This document shows, one piece after another, positions 1-11,600 of a stretch of DNA of 24,136 nucleotides. Within the stretch, counting starts at the first letter, position 1; every line of letters begins with the position of its first letter. Source of the DNA: Macrostomum lignano (Eukaryota); assembly GCA_002269645.1 (NCBI GenBank), contig NIVC01002645.1, forward strand, positions 1 to 24,136, read 5' to 3'. A program made the translations under genes and the position numbers. Below the pieces are notes generated by a model. The model saw only the letters and a program-made list of their open reading frames with translations. It was not told the DNA's origin and searched no databases.

Positions 1-100
1 TGCTATCCGGGAGGGGGGATGTCCTATCTGGGGGATGCTTGTTTCCGGGGATGCTTGCTATCTGGGGATGCTTGCTATCTGGGGATGCTTGCTATCTGGG
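1..100 (+). repeat. G-rich 17/18-bp minisatellite (GGGG[G]ATGCTTGCTATCT)n
   Basis: Direct tandem copies; truncated by window start. Confidence 0.95.
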
Positions 101-104
101 GAAT

Positions 105-616
105 TATTAAAGAGCCACCATGTCGAGCATAAAAGAGCCACCATGCCAAACATAAAAGAGCACCATGTCAACATTAAAGAGACACCATGTCAGACATTAA
201 AAAAACCGAATCAAAACATAAAAGAGCTACCATGTAGAACATAAAGGAGCCAAAAGAGCCACAAACATAAAAGAGCCACCATCTCAACATATGTGACTCC
301 ATGTCAAACATAAAAGAGCCATCATGTCAAACACTAAAGAGCCACCATGTCGAACATTAAAGAACCATCATGTCTAACATTAAAGAGGCTACCATGTCAA
401 ACACTAAAAGAGCCACCATGTCGAACATCAAAGAGCCACCATGTCAAACATAAAAAGAGACACCATTTTGAAAATTAAAGAGCAACCATGTCAAAACATT
501 AAAGAGACACCATGTCAGACATTAAAAAAAACCCCGATTCAAACATAAAAGAGCTACCATGTAGAAGATAAAAGCCCCATGTCAAACATTAAAGAGCCAC
601 CATGTCAAACATAAAA
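105..616 (+). repeat. SatA 23-bp tandem repeat (GAGCCACCATGTCAAACATAAAA)n
   Basis: Direct tandem copies with substitutions. Confidence 0.95.
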
Positions 617-714
617 TATACACAATTTCAACTTAAAAGTAAGCGTCATGCCAATTTTAAAGGAGCCACTATAGAGCTAAGGAAATTGTTGCACTAGCTA
701 CTTATTGTCTGATA

Positions 715-840
715 GATGCTTACTATTTGGGGATGCTTGCTATCTGGGAGGGGGATGCTTCCTATTTGGGGGATGCTTGCTATCTGGGGGATGCTTGCTA
801 TCTGGGGATGCTTGCTATCTGGGGATGCTTGCTATCTGGG
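715..840 (+). repeat. G-rich 17/18-bp minisatellite
   Basis: Tandem GGGGATGCTTGCTATCT following the A-to-G linker (617-714). Confidence 0.95.
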
Positions 841-844
841 GGAA

Positions 845-1059
845 TATTAAAGAGTCACTATGTCGAGCATTAAGGAGCCACCATGTCAACCATAGAAGAG
901 CCACCATGTCGAACATAAAAAAAGCCACCATGTCGAACATAAAAGAGCCACCATGCCAAGCATAAAAGAGCCACCATGTCAAACATAAAAGAGCCCCATG
1001 TCAAACATAAAAGAGCGCACCATGCCAAACATGAAAGAGCCACCCTGTCGAACATAAAA
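845..1059 (+). repeat. SatA 23-bp tandem repeat
   Basis: About 9 monomers, directly fused to the G-rich repeat at 1059. Confidence 0.95.
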
Positions 1060-1462
1060 TGCTTGCTATCTGCGGATGCTTGCTATCTGGGGATGCTTGC
1101 TATCTATGGGATGCTTGCTATCTGGGGATGCTTTGCTATTTGGGGAATGCTTGCATCTGGGGGATGCTTGCTATCTGGGGATGCTTTGCTATTTGGGGAT
1201 GCTTGCTATCTGGGGGATGCTTGCTATCTGGGGGATGCTTGCTATCTGGGGATGCTTGCTATTTGGGGATGCTTGCAATCTGGGGATGCTTGCTATCTGG
1301 GGAGCTTTGCTATTTGGGGGATGCTTGCTATCTGGGGATGCTTGCTATCTGGGGATGCTTGCTATCTGGGGGATGCTTGCTATCTGGGGATGCTTGCTAT
1401 TTGGGGGATGCTTGCAATATGGGGGATGCTTGCTATCTGGGGGATGCTTGCTGTCTTGGGAT
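1059..1462 (+). repeat. G-rich 17/18-bp minisatellite
   Basis: About 23 monomers (from length); variants GCAATC, TATTT. Confidence 0.95.
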
Positions 1463-1572
1463 GATTTCTTTTGCATTGCACTTTATTTGAGCAGTTTGTC
1501 TGTTGTATTTGAGAAGGCTTTATCTGGCTGTCTTTTTGTTACCTGTAGAGAGCAGAGATTCTATCCAGATGT

Positions 1573-1600
1573 CCCCCAACGGGGGCGAAGATTGCTAGTC
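1573..1600 (+). other. Helitron 3' hairpin + CTAG|TC head-to-tail junction E1/E2
   Basis: CCCCCAACGGGGGCGAAGATTGCTAG|TC read directly. Confidence 0.85.
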
Positions 1601-2160
1601 CTATATACTAAAAATGAGTTGTCTGTATATGGGTATGCGATTGATTCAGAAAAATTGGCTCAACCGATTTTCTTCAAACTTGCACCATTCGATCAGAAAT
1701 TTTCTGGGACGGTACATGCATCTTGGCTAAGAAATTGCTCAATTTTAAAGGGATTAATTATTCGAAAAACATGCTTTTTTGCAAAGGTCAAGCAGCTCTT
1801 TCGACCTGAAATGCATTGTAAAAATGCTAGAGAAAAAACTGACTGACTGCATTTCAATTCTGATAAAGATTGCATCACAAAAAGATGAAAACAGTGTCGA
1901 AAAATGCACACAAGACTTGATTGTAATTGCGTAACATATTGCTAACTTGAATTGAGACTGATACTGGCTGACTGAGAAATTGATTATGTCATAACTTTTA
2001 CTCTAACCGATTTGCTATAAGAATTAATTATAAGGGCCACAATTCAAGTTCTCCAATTGAAAAGAGATAGCCAAGATGCGACAGACTGGACTGCAAATGT
2101 AGCGACCTGGGTTCGAATCTTAGTAGTGCAAAGAATTTTTATTAAAAACTTAAAAAAACA
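1599..2160 (+). repeat. Conserved 5' module, copy in E2
   Basis: Shares long blocks with 5044-5650 and 19579-20255, e.g. TTCGATCAGAAATTTTC, GTACATGCATC, ATTCGAAAAACATGCTTTTTTGCAAAGGTCAAGCA, GAAATTGATTATGT. Confidence 0.95.
2061..2140 (+). promoter_or_regulatory. tRNA-like Pol III internal promoter cassette (A box, B box, T5) in E2
   Basis: A-box-like TAGCCAAGATG (2068-2078), B box GGTTCGAATC (2110-2119) at tRNA-like spacing of 42 nt, anticodon-arm-like CTGGA-CTGCAAA-TGTAG, TTTTT at 2136-2140. No intact acceptor stem or 3' T-stem. Confidence 0.55.
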
Positions 2161-4607
2161 CCAAATGCTAAACATAAAAACGCGCAATGCCAAACATAGA
2201 AGAGCCACCATGTTGAACATTAAATTAAGAGCCACAATGTCGAACATTAAAGAGCCACCATGTTTAACATTAAAGAGCCACCATGTCACACATAAAAGAG
2301 CCACCATGTCAAACATAAAACAGCCACCATTTCGAAAATTAAAGAGCCACATGTTAAACATTAAAGGGCCACCTTGTCGAATATTAAAGACCACCATTTC
2401 AAACCTAAAGAGCGACCATGTCGAACATAAAAGAGCCACCATGTCAAACATAAAAGAGCAACCATGTCAAACATAAAAAAGCCACCATGTCAAACATAAA
2501 AGAGCCAACATGAAGAACATTAAAGAGCCACCATGTCGACCATTAAAAGAGCCACCATGTCCAACATACAAGAGCCACCATGTCGAACATAGAAAGCCAC
2601 CATGTCAAACATAAAGAGCCACAATGTTAAACATTAAAGAGCCACCATTCAAACCTAAAGAAGCCACCATGTCGAACATAAAGAGCCACCATATCGAACA
2701 TAAAAGAGTCACCATGTTAAAAATTAAAGAGCCACCATGTCAAACATAACAGCACCATTTCAAAAATTAAAGAGCCACCATGTCAAACATTAAAGAGCCA
2801 CCATGTCAAACAAAAAGAGCACCATGTCAAACATAAAAGAGCCACCATGTCAAACAAATATGTGACTCTATGTCAAACAGTTAAGAGCCACCATGTCGAA
2901 CATAAAAGAACCACAATGTCGAACATAAAAGAGCCACCATGTCAAACATTAAAGAGCCACAATGTCAAACATTAAAGAGCCACCATGTGGAACATTAAAG
3001 AAACACCATGTCAAACATTAAAGAGCCACCATGTCGAACATTAAAGAGCCACCATGTCCAACATATATGTGACTCCATGTCAAACATTAAAGAGCCACTA
3101 TGTCAAACATAAAAGGACCACCATGTCGAACATTAAAGAGGCACCATGTCGAACATTAAAAAGCCACCATGTCTAACATTATAGAGCCACCATGTCGAAC
3201 ATTAAAGAGCAACCATGTCCAACATAAAAGAGCCACCATTTTGAACATTAAAGAGCCACCATGTCGAACAATAAAGAGCCACCATGTCAAACATAAAAGA
3301 GCCACCATGTCGAACATAAAAGAGCCACCATGTCGAACATAAAAGAACCACAATGTCGAACGTAAAAGAGCCACCATGTCAAACATTAAAGAGCCACAAT
3401 GTCAAACATTAAAGAGCCACCATGTCAAACATAAAACAGCCACCATGTCAAACATAAAAGAGCCACCATGTCAAACATATATGTGACTCCATGTCAAAAG
3501 TAAAGAGCCACCATGTCAAGCATAAAAGAGCCACCATGTCGAACATTAAAGAGCCACCATGTCAAACATTAAAGAGCCGCAATGTAAAACATTAAAGAGC
3601 CATCATGTCTAACATTAAAGAGCCACCATGTCGAACATTAAAGAGCCACTATGTCTAACATTAAAGAGCCACCATGTCGAACATTAAAGAGCCACCATGT
3701 CTAACATTAAAGAGCCACCATGTCGAACATTAAAGAGCCACCATGTCGAACATTAAAGAGCCACCATGTCTAACATTAAAGAGCCACCATGTAAAACATA
3801 AAAAAGCCACCATGTCAAACATAAAAGAGCCACCATGTCAAACATATACGTGACTCCATGTCAAACATAAAAGAGCCATCATGTCAAACATATACGTGAC
3901 TCCATGTCAAACATAAAAGAGCCACCATGTCAAACATTAAAGAGCCACCATGTCAAACAGTAAAGAGCCACCATGTCAAGCATAAAAGAGCCACCATGTC
4001 AAACATTAAAGAGCCATCATGTCAAACATTAAAGAGCCACCATGTCTAACATTAAAGAGCCACCATGTCGAACAATAACGAGTCACCATGTCAAGTATAT
4101 TCGTGACTCCATGTCAAACATAAAAGAGCTACCATGAAGAACATTAAAGAGCCACCACGTAAAACATTAAAGAGCCACCATGTCAAACATAAAAGAGCCA
4201 CCATGTCAAACATATACGTGACTCCATGTCAAACATAAAAGAGCCATCATGTCAAACATAAAAGAGCCACCATGTCAAACATAAAAGAGCCACCATGTCG
4301 AACATTAAAGAGCCACCATGTCGAACATTAAAGAGCCACCATGTCGAACATTAATGAGCCACGATGTCGAACATTAAAAAGCCATCATGTCTAACATTAA
4401 AGAGCCACCATGTCAAACATTAAAGAGCCACCATGTCTAACATTAAAGAGCCACCATGTCAAACATAAAAGAGCCACTATGTGAAACAATAAACAGACAC
4501 CATGTCAGACATTAAAAAACCCCGAATCAAACATAAGAGAGCCACCATGTAGAACATAAAAGAGCCACCATGTCAAACATTAAAGAGCCACCATGTCAAA
4601 CATAAAA
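2161..4607 (+). repeat. SatA 23-bp tandem array (~105 monomers from length)
   Basis: GAGCCACCATGTC(A/G)AACAT(T/A)AAA repeated; recurrent divergent monomer ATAT(A)(T/C)GTGACTCC. Confidence 0.97.
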
Positions 4608-4704
4608 TTTACACAATTTCAAGCGTAAAAGTAAGCGTCATGCTAATTTTAAAGGAGCCACTATAGCTAAGGAAATTGTAGCACTAGCTACTTATTGTAT
4701 GGTG

Positions 4705-4906
4705 GATGCTTACTATTTGGGGATGCTTGCTATCCGGGGATGCTTGCTATCCGGGAGGGGGGATGCTTGCAATCTGGGGATGCTTGCTATCTGGGGATGC
4801 TTGCAATCTGGGGGGTGCTTGCTATCTGGGGGATGCTTGCAATCTGGGGGATGCTTGCTATCTGGGGGATGCTTGCAATCTGGGGGATACTTGCTATCTG
4901 GGGGAT
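4705..4906 (+). repeat. G-rich 17/18-bp minisatellite
   Basis: About 11 monomers between linker and 3' terminal segment of E2. Confidence 0.95.
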
Positions 4907-5016
4907 GATTTCTTTTTGCATTACACTTTTTTGAGCAGTTTGTCTGTCGTCTTTGTGAAGGCTTTATTTGGCTGTCTTTTTGTTACTTGTAGAGAACAGA
5001 GATTCTATCCAGATGT

Positions 5017-5045
5017 CCCCCAACGGGGGGCGAAGATTGCTAGTC
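5017..5045 (+). other. Helitron 3' hairpin + CTAG|TC head-to-tail junction E2/E3
   Basis: CCCCCAACGGGGGGCGAAGATTGCTAG|TC read directly. Confidence 0.85.
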
Positions 5046-5650
5046 CTATATACTAAAAATGAGTTGTTTGTTTGTACGCAATCGATTAGAGAAAAAATGG
5101 CTGGACCGATTTTCTTCGAACTTGCACTGTTCGATCAGAAATTTTCCTGGGACGGTACATGCATCTTGGCTAAGAAATTGCTCCATGTTAAAGCGATTAA
5201 ATATTCGAAAAACATGCTTTTTTGCAAAGGTCAAGCAAACTTTTCGACTTGAAATGCATTGTAAGAATGCTAGAGAAAAAACTGACTGGTTGAATTCTGA
5301 TTCTGAAATAGATTGCATCATAACTGAATTGTAACTCCGACTTGAATTGCGTCACAGTATTGAAAATGCAGTGTGGAAGCGTAGCACTGCAGACTTGATT
5401 TAGATTGCGCAACAATATTGTTAACTGATACTGACTGACTGAGAAATTGATTATGTAATAACTGCCTCGTGTGATTTACTCTATGCTTGGAGTTTTGAAA
5501 CTTATAATTATAAGTGCTGAATTCATGTTATCAAAACGATGAGAGCTAGCCTAGAGGTAAACAGACTGAACTGCTAAATGCAGAAACGATGGTTCGAATT
5601 TTTAGAGAGTAGAGTTTTTTTAATTAAAGCTTTTTAACGCCAAGAAAACT
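5044..5650 (+). repeat. Conserved 5' module, copy in E3
   Basis: Colinear homology with the E2 and E4 copies, visible by eye. Confidence 0.95.
5540..5621 (+). promoter_or_regulatory. tRNA-like Pol III internal promoter cassette in E3
   Basis: TAGCCTAGAGG(TAA) (5547-5557), GGTTCGAATT (5591-5600; last B-box base mutated), spacing 44 nt, T runs at 5599-5603 and 5615-5621. Confidence 0.5.
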
Positions 5651-5654
5651 AAAA

Positions 5655-8600
5655 AAATCATAAAAGCGTCATGTAAAAATCATAGAAGCGTCATGTAAAA
5701 AATCGTGGAAGTGTCATGTAAAAATCGTGGAAGCATCATGTAAAAAGCATAGAAGCGTCATGTAAAAAATCATAGAAGCGTCATGTAAACAATCATAGAA
5801 GCGTCATGTAAACAATCATAGAAGCGTCATGTAAAAAATCATAGAAGCGTCATGTAAAAAATCGTAGAAGCGTCATGAAAAAATCATTAAAGCGTCATGT
5901 AAAAATCATAGAAGAGTCATGTAAAAAATCATAGAAGCATCGTGTAAACAATCATAGAAGCGTCATGTAAAAAATCGTAAGAGCGTAATATAAAAATCAT
6001 AGAAGCGTCATTTAAAAAATCATAGAGGCGTCATATAAAAATCAAAAAACGTCATTTAAAAAATCATAGAAGCGTCATGTAAACAATCATAGAAGCGTCA
6101 TGTAAACAATCATAGAAGCGTCATGTAAAAAATCATAGAAGCGTCATGTAAACAATCATGGAAGCGTCATGTAAACAATCATAGAAGCGTAATGTAAAAA
6201 TCATAGTAGCGTCATGTAAAAAATCATAGAAGCGTCATGTAAAAAGCATAGAAGCGTCATGTAAACAATCATAGAAGCGTCATGTAAACAATCATAGAAG
6301 CGTCATGTAAACAATCATAGAAGCGTCATGTAAAAAATCATAGAAGCGTCATGTAAACAATCATGGAAGCGTCATGTAAACAATCATAGAAGCGTAATGT
6401 AAAAATCATAGTAGCGTCATGTAAAAAATCATAGAAGCGTCATGTAAAAAGCATAGAAGCGTCATGTAAACAATCATAGAAGCGTCATGTAAACAATCAT
6501 AGAAGCGTCATGTAAAAATCATAGAGGTGTCATGTAAAAATCATTGAAGCGTCATGCAGAAATCGTAGAAGCGTCATGAAATAATCATGAAGCGTCATGT
6601 AAAAAATCAAAGAAGCGTCATGTAAAAAATCATAGAAGCGTCATGTAAACAATCATAGAAGCGTCATGTAAAAAATCATAGAAGCGTCATGTAAAAAATC
6701 GTGGAAGCATCATGTAAAAAGCATAGAAGCGTCATGTAAAAAATCATAGAAGCGTCATGTAAACAATCATAGAAGCGTCATGTAAACAATCATAGAAGCG
6801 TCATGTAAAAAATCATAGAAGCGTCATGTAAAAAATCGTAGAAGCGTCATGAAAAAATCATTAAAGCGTCATGTAAAAATCATAGAAGAGTCATGTAAAA
6901 AATCATAGAAGCATCGTGTAAACAATCATAGAAGCGTCATGTAAAAAATCGTAGAGCGTAATATAAAAATCATAGAAGCGTCATTTAAAAAATCATAGAG
7001 GCGTCATATAAAAATCAAAAACGTCATTTAAAAAATCATAGAAGCGTCATGTAAACAATCATAGAAGCGTCATGTAAACAATCATAGAAGCGTCATGTAA
7101 AAAATCATAGAAGCGTCATGTAAAAAATCATGAAGCGTCATGTAAACAATCATAGAAGCGTAATGTAAAAATCATAGTAGCGTCATGTAAAAAATCATAG
7201 AAGCGTCATGTAAAAAGCATAGAAGCGTCATGTAAACAATCATAGAAGCGTCATGTAAACAATCATAGAAGCGTCATGTAAACAATCATAGAAGCGTCAT
7301 GTAAAAAATCATAGAAGCGTCATGTAAACAATCATGAAGCGTCATGTAAACAATCATAGAAGCGTAATGTAAAAATCATAGAAGCGTCATGTAAAAAATC
7401 ATAGAAGCGTCATGTAAAAAGCATAGAAGCGTCATGTAAACAATCATAGAAGCGTCATGTAAACAATCATAGAAGCGTCATGTAAAAATCATAGAGGTGT
7501 CATGTAAAAATCATTGAAGCGTCCTGCAGAAATCGTAGAAGCGTCATGAAATAATCATGGAAGCGTCATGTAAAAAATCAAAGAAGCGTCATGTAAAAAA
7601 TCATAGAAGCGTCATGTAAACAATCATAGAAGCATCGTGTAAACAATCATAGAAGCGTCATGTAAAAAATCATAGAAGCGTCATGTAAAAAATCATAGAA
7701 GCGTCATATAAACAATCATAGAAGCGTCATGTAAACAATCATGGAAGCGTCATGTAAAAATCATAGAAGCGTCATGTAAAAATCATAGAAGCGTCATGTA
7801 AAAAATCATAGAAGCGTCATGTAAAAAATCATAGAAGCATCGTGTAAACAATCATAAAAGCGTCATGTAAAAAATCGTAGAAGCGTCATTTAAAAAATCA
7901 TAGAAGCGTCATGTAAACAATCATAGAAGCGTCATGTAAACAATCATAGAAGCGCATGTAAACAATCATAGAAGCGCATGTAAACAATCATAGAAGCGCC
8001 ATGTAAACAATCATAGAAGCGTCATATAAACAATCATAGAAGCGTCATGTAAACAATCATAGAAGCGCCATGTAAACAATCATAGAAGCGCCATGTAAAC
8101 AATCATAGAAGCGTCATGTAAACAATCATAGAAGAGTCATGTAAAAAATCATAGAAGCGTCATGTAAAAAATAATAGAAGCGTCGTGTAAACAATCATAG
8201 AAGCGTCATGTAAACAATCAGAGAAGCGTCATGTAAAAAATCATAAAAGAGTCATGTAAAAAATCGTAGAAGCGTCATATAAAAATCATAGAAGCGTCAT
8301 TAAAAAATCATAGAAGCGTCATGTAAACAATCATAGAAGCGTCATGTAAACAATCATGGAAGCGTCATGTAAGAAATCATAGAAGCGTCATGTAAAAAAT
8401 CGTAGAAGTGTCATGTAAAAAATCGTGAAGCATCATGTAAAAAGCATAGAAGTGTCATGTAAAAAATATAGAAGCGTCGTGTAAACAATCATAGAAGCGT
8501 CATGTAAACAATCAGAGAAGCGTCATGTAAAAAATCATAAAAGAGTCATGTAAAAAATCGTAGAAGCGTCATTTTAAAAATCATAGAAGCGTCATGTAAA

Positions 8601-11600
8601 CAATCATAGAAGCGTCATGTAAACAATCATAGAAGCGTCATGTAAACAATCATGAAGCGTCATGTAAAAATCATAGAAGCGTCATGTAAACAATCATAGA
8701 AGCGTCATGTAAAAAATCATGAAGCGTCATGTAAAAATCATAGAAGCGTCATGTAAAAAATCATAGAAGCGTCATGTAAACAATCATAGAAGCGTCATGT
8801 AAACAATCATAGAAGCGTCATGTAAAAAATCATAGAAGCGTCATGTAAAAATCGTAGAAGCGTCATGAAAAAATCATAGAAGCGTCATGTAAAAATCATA
8901 GAAGAGTCATGTAAAAAATCATAGAAGCATCGTGTAAACAATCATAGAAGCGTCATGTAAAAATCGTAAGAGCGTCATATAAAAATCATAGAAGCGTCAT
9001 TAAAAAATCATAGAAGCGTCATGTAAAAATCAAAAAACGTCATTAAAAAATCATAGAAGCGTCATGTAAACAATCATAGAAGCGTCATGTAAACAATCAT
9101 AGAAGCGTCATGTAAAAAATCATAGAAGCGTCATGTAAACAATCATAGAAGCGTCATGTAAACAATCATAGAAGCGTCATGTAAAAATCATAGAAGCGTC
9201 ATGTAAAAATCATAGAAGCGTCATGTAAAAAGCATAGAAGCGTCATGTAAACAATCATAGAAGCGTCATGTAAACAATCATAGAAGCGTCATGTAAAAAT
9301 CATAGAAGCGTCATGTAAAAAATCATAGAAGCGTCATGTAAACAATCATAGAAGCGTCATGTAAACAATCATAGAAGCGTATGTAAAAATCATAGAGCGT
9401 CATGTAAAAAATCATAGAAGCGTCATGTAAAAATCATAGAAGCGTCATGTAAACAATCATAGAAGCGTCATGTAAACAATCATAGAAGCGTCATGTAAAA
9501 ATCATAGAGCGTCATGTAAAAATCATTGAAGCGTCCTGCAAAATCGTAGAAGCGTCATGAAATAATCATGAAGCGTCATGTAAAAAATCAAGAAGCGTCA
9601 TGTAAAAAATCATAGAAGCGTCATGTAAAAAATCATAGAAGCATCGTGTAAACAATCATAGAAGCGTCATGTAAAAAATCATAGAAGCGTCATGTAAAAA
9701 ATCATAGAAGCGTCATATAAACAATCATAGAAGCGTCATGTAAACAATCATGAAGCGTCATGTAAAAATCATAGAAGCGTCATGTAAAAATCATAGAAGC
9801 GTCATGTAAAAATCATAGAAGCGTCATGTAAAAATCATAGAAGCATCGTGTAAACAATCATAAAAGCGTCATGTAAAAAATCGTAGAAGCGTCATTTAAA
9901 AAATCATAGAAGCGTCATGTAAACAATCATAGAAGCGTCATGTAAACAATCATAGAAGCGCCATGTAAACAATCATAGAAGCGTCATGTAAACAATCATA
10001 GAAGCGTCATGTAAACAATCATAGAAGCGTCATGTAAACAATCATAGAAGCGTCATGTAAACAATCATAGAAGCGTCATGTAAACAATCATAGAAGCGTC
10101 ATGTAAACAATCATAGAAGCGTCATGTAAACAATCATAGAAGCGTCATGTAAAAAATCATAGAAGCGTCATGTAAAAATCATAGAAGCGTCGTGTAAACA
10201 ATCATAGAAGCGTCATGTAAACAATCAGAGAAGCGTCATGTAAAAATCATAAAGAGTCATGTAAAAAATCGTAGAAGCGTCATATAAAAATCATAGAAGC
10301 GTCATTAAAAATCATAGAAGCGTCATGTAAACAATCATAGAAGCGTCATGTAAACAATCATAGAAGCGTCATGTAAAAAATCATAGAAGCGTCATGTAAA
10401 CAATCATAGAAGCGTCATGTAAACAATCATAGAAGCGTAATGTAAAAATCATAGAAGCGTCATGTAAAAAATCATAGAAGCGTCATGTAAAAATCATAGA
10501 AGCGTCATGTAAACAATCATAGAAGCGTCATGTAAACAATCATAGAAGCGTCATGTAAACAATCATAGAAGCGTCATGTAAAAAATCATAGAAGCGTCAT
10601 GTAAACAATCATAGAAGCGTCATGTAAACAATCATAGAAGCGTCATGTAAAAATCATAGAGCGTCATGTAAAAATCATAGAAGCGTCATGTAAAAATCAT
10701 AGAAGCGTCATGTAAAAATCATAGAAGCGTCATGTAAACAATCATAGAAGCGTCATGTAAAAATCATAGAAGCGTCATGTAAAAATCATAGAAGCGTCAT
10801 GTAAAAATCGTAGAAGCGTCATGAAAAATCATAGAAGCGTCATGTAAAAATCATAGAAGCGTCATGTAAAAATCATAGAAGCGTCATGTAAAAAATCATA
10901 GAAGCGTCATGTAAACAATCATAGAAGCGTCATGTAAAAATCATAGAAGCGTCATGTAAAAATCATAGAAGCGTCATATAAACAATCATAGAAGCGTCAT
11001 GTAAAAATCATAGAAGCGTCATGTAAAAATCATAGAAGCGTCATGTAAAAATCATAGAAGCGTCATGTAAAAATCATAGAAGCGTCATGTAAAAATCATA
11101 GAAGCGTCATGTAAACAATCATAGAAGCGTCATGTAAAAATCATAGAAGCGTCATGTAAAAATCATAGAAGCGTCATGTAAACAATCATAGAAGCGTCAT
11201 GTAAACAATCATAGAAGCGTCATGTAAACAATCATAGAAGCGTCATGTAAACAATCATAGAAGCGCATGTAAACAATCATAGAAGCGTCATGTAAACAAT
11301 CATAGAAGCGTCATGTAAACAATCATAGAAGCGTCATGTAAACAATCATAGAAGCGTCATGTAAACAATCATAGAAGCGTCATGTAAAAATCATAGAAGC
11401 GTCATGTAAACAATCATAGAAGCGTCATGTAAAAAATCATAGAAGCGTCATGTAAACAATCATAGAAGCGTCATGTAAACAATCAGAGAAGCGTCATGTA
11501 AAAATCATAAAGAGTCATGTAAAAAATCGTAGAAGCGTCATATAAAAATCATAGAAGCGTCATGTAAAAATCATAGAAGCGTCATGTAAACAATCATAGA

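Larger units (their letters stand above)
1..1598 (+). mobile_element. Non-autonomous Helitron-like element E1 (5' part outside window); SatA/G-repeat cargo
   Basis: Ends with CCCCC-AAC-GGGGG hairpin (1573-1585), 9-nt spacer and CTAG (1595-1598), the canonical Helitron 3' signature (hairpin + CTRR). Its last ~135 bp (1463-1598) are closely homologous to 4907-5043 of E2. No Rep/helicase ORF. Confidence 0.75.
1599..5043 (+). mobile_element. Non-autonomous Helitron-like element E2 (complete, 3445 bp)
   Basis: Starts TCCTATATACTAAAAATGAG (Helitron 5' TC + AT-rich start). Contains a ~560-bp 5' module shared with E3/E4, then SatA array, linker and G-rich repeat. Ends CCCCC-AAC-GGGGGG (5017-5030)-CGAAGATTG-CTAG (5040-5043). 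No TIRs or TSD seen. Confidence 0.8.

Noticed and set aside
35-1490. ORFs with GDACYL/GMLAIW/GCLLSG or MSNIKEPP repeats
   Set aside because: Pure translations of the 17/18-bp and 23-bp repeats in several overlapping frames; frames shift with G-run length.
1573-1600. Helentron/DINE-1, MITE or LTR interpretation
   Set aside because: No subterminal or terminal inverted repeats, no TT target or TSD, no TG...CA ends; TC/hairpin-CTAG ends fit canonical Helitrons.
1670-1710. Heat-shock elements (TTC/GAA-rich stretch in the 5' module)
   Set aside because: GAA/TTC units are spaced by 0, 3 or 5 nt rather than the 2 nt required for nGAAn arrays.
1813-1830. Internal hairpin GCATT-N5-AATGC overlapping CTAG (present in all 5' modules) as an alternative Helitron 3' end
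   Set aside because: AT-rich 5-bp stem that overlaps the CTAG instead of lying ~10 nt upstream; no junction or truncation observed there.
1700-1846. Recurrent peptide TVHASWLRNC...IRKTCFFAKVKQ (also 5059-5334, 19672-19905)
   Set aside because: Reflects DNA homology of the 5' module. Starts differ, there is a 1-bp indel just upstream (TTTTCTGGG vs TTTTCCTGGG), an early stop in E2, many non-synonymous changes and no Rep/helicase motif. A family-wide dN/dS test would settle it.
2061-2140. Functional tRNA gene
   Set aside because: No acceptor stem, no 3' half of the T stem, imperfect anticodon stems and different anticodon-position triplets between copies; kept only as a tRNA-derived promoter-like relic.
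4678-4691. Hairpin GTAGC-ACTA-GCTAC in the SatA/G linker
   Set aside because: Only 5 bp, and broken in the E1 copy (GTTGC); insufficient support for function.
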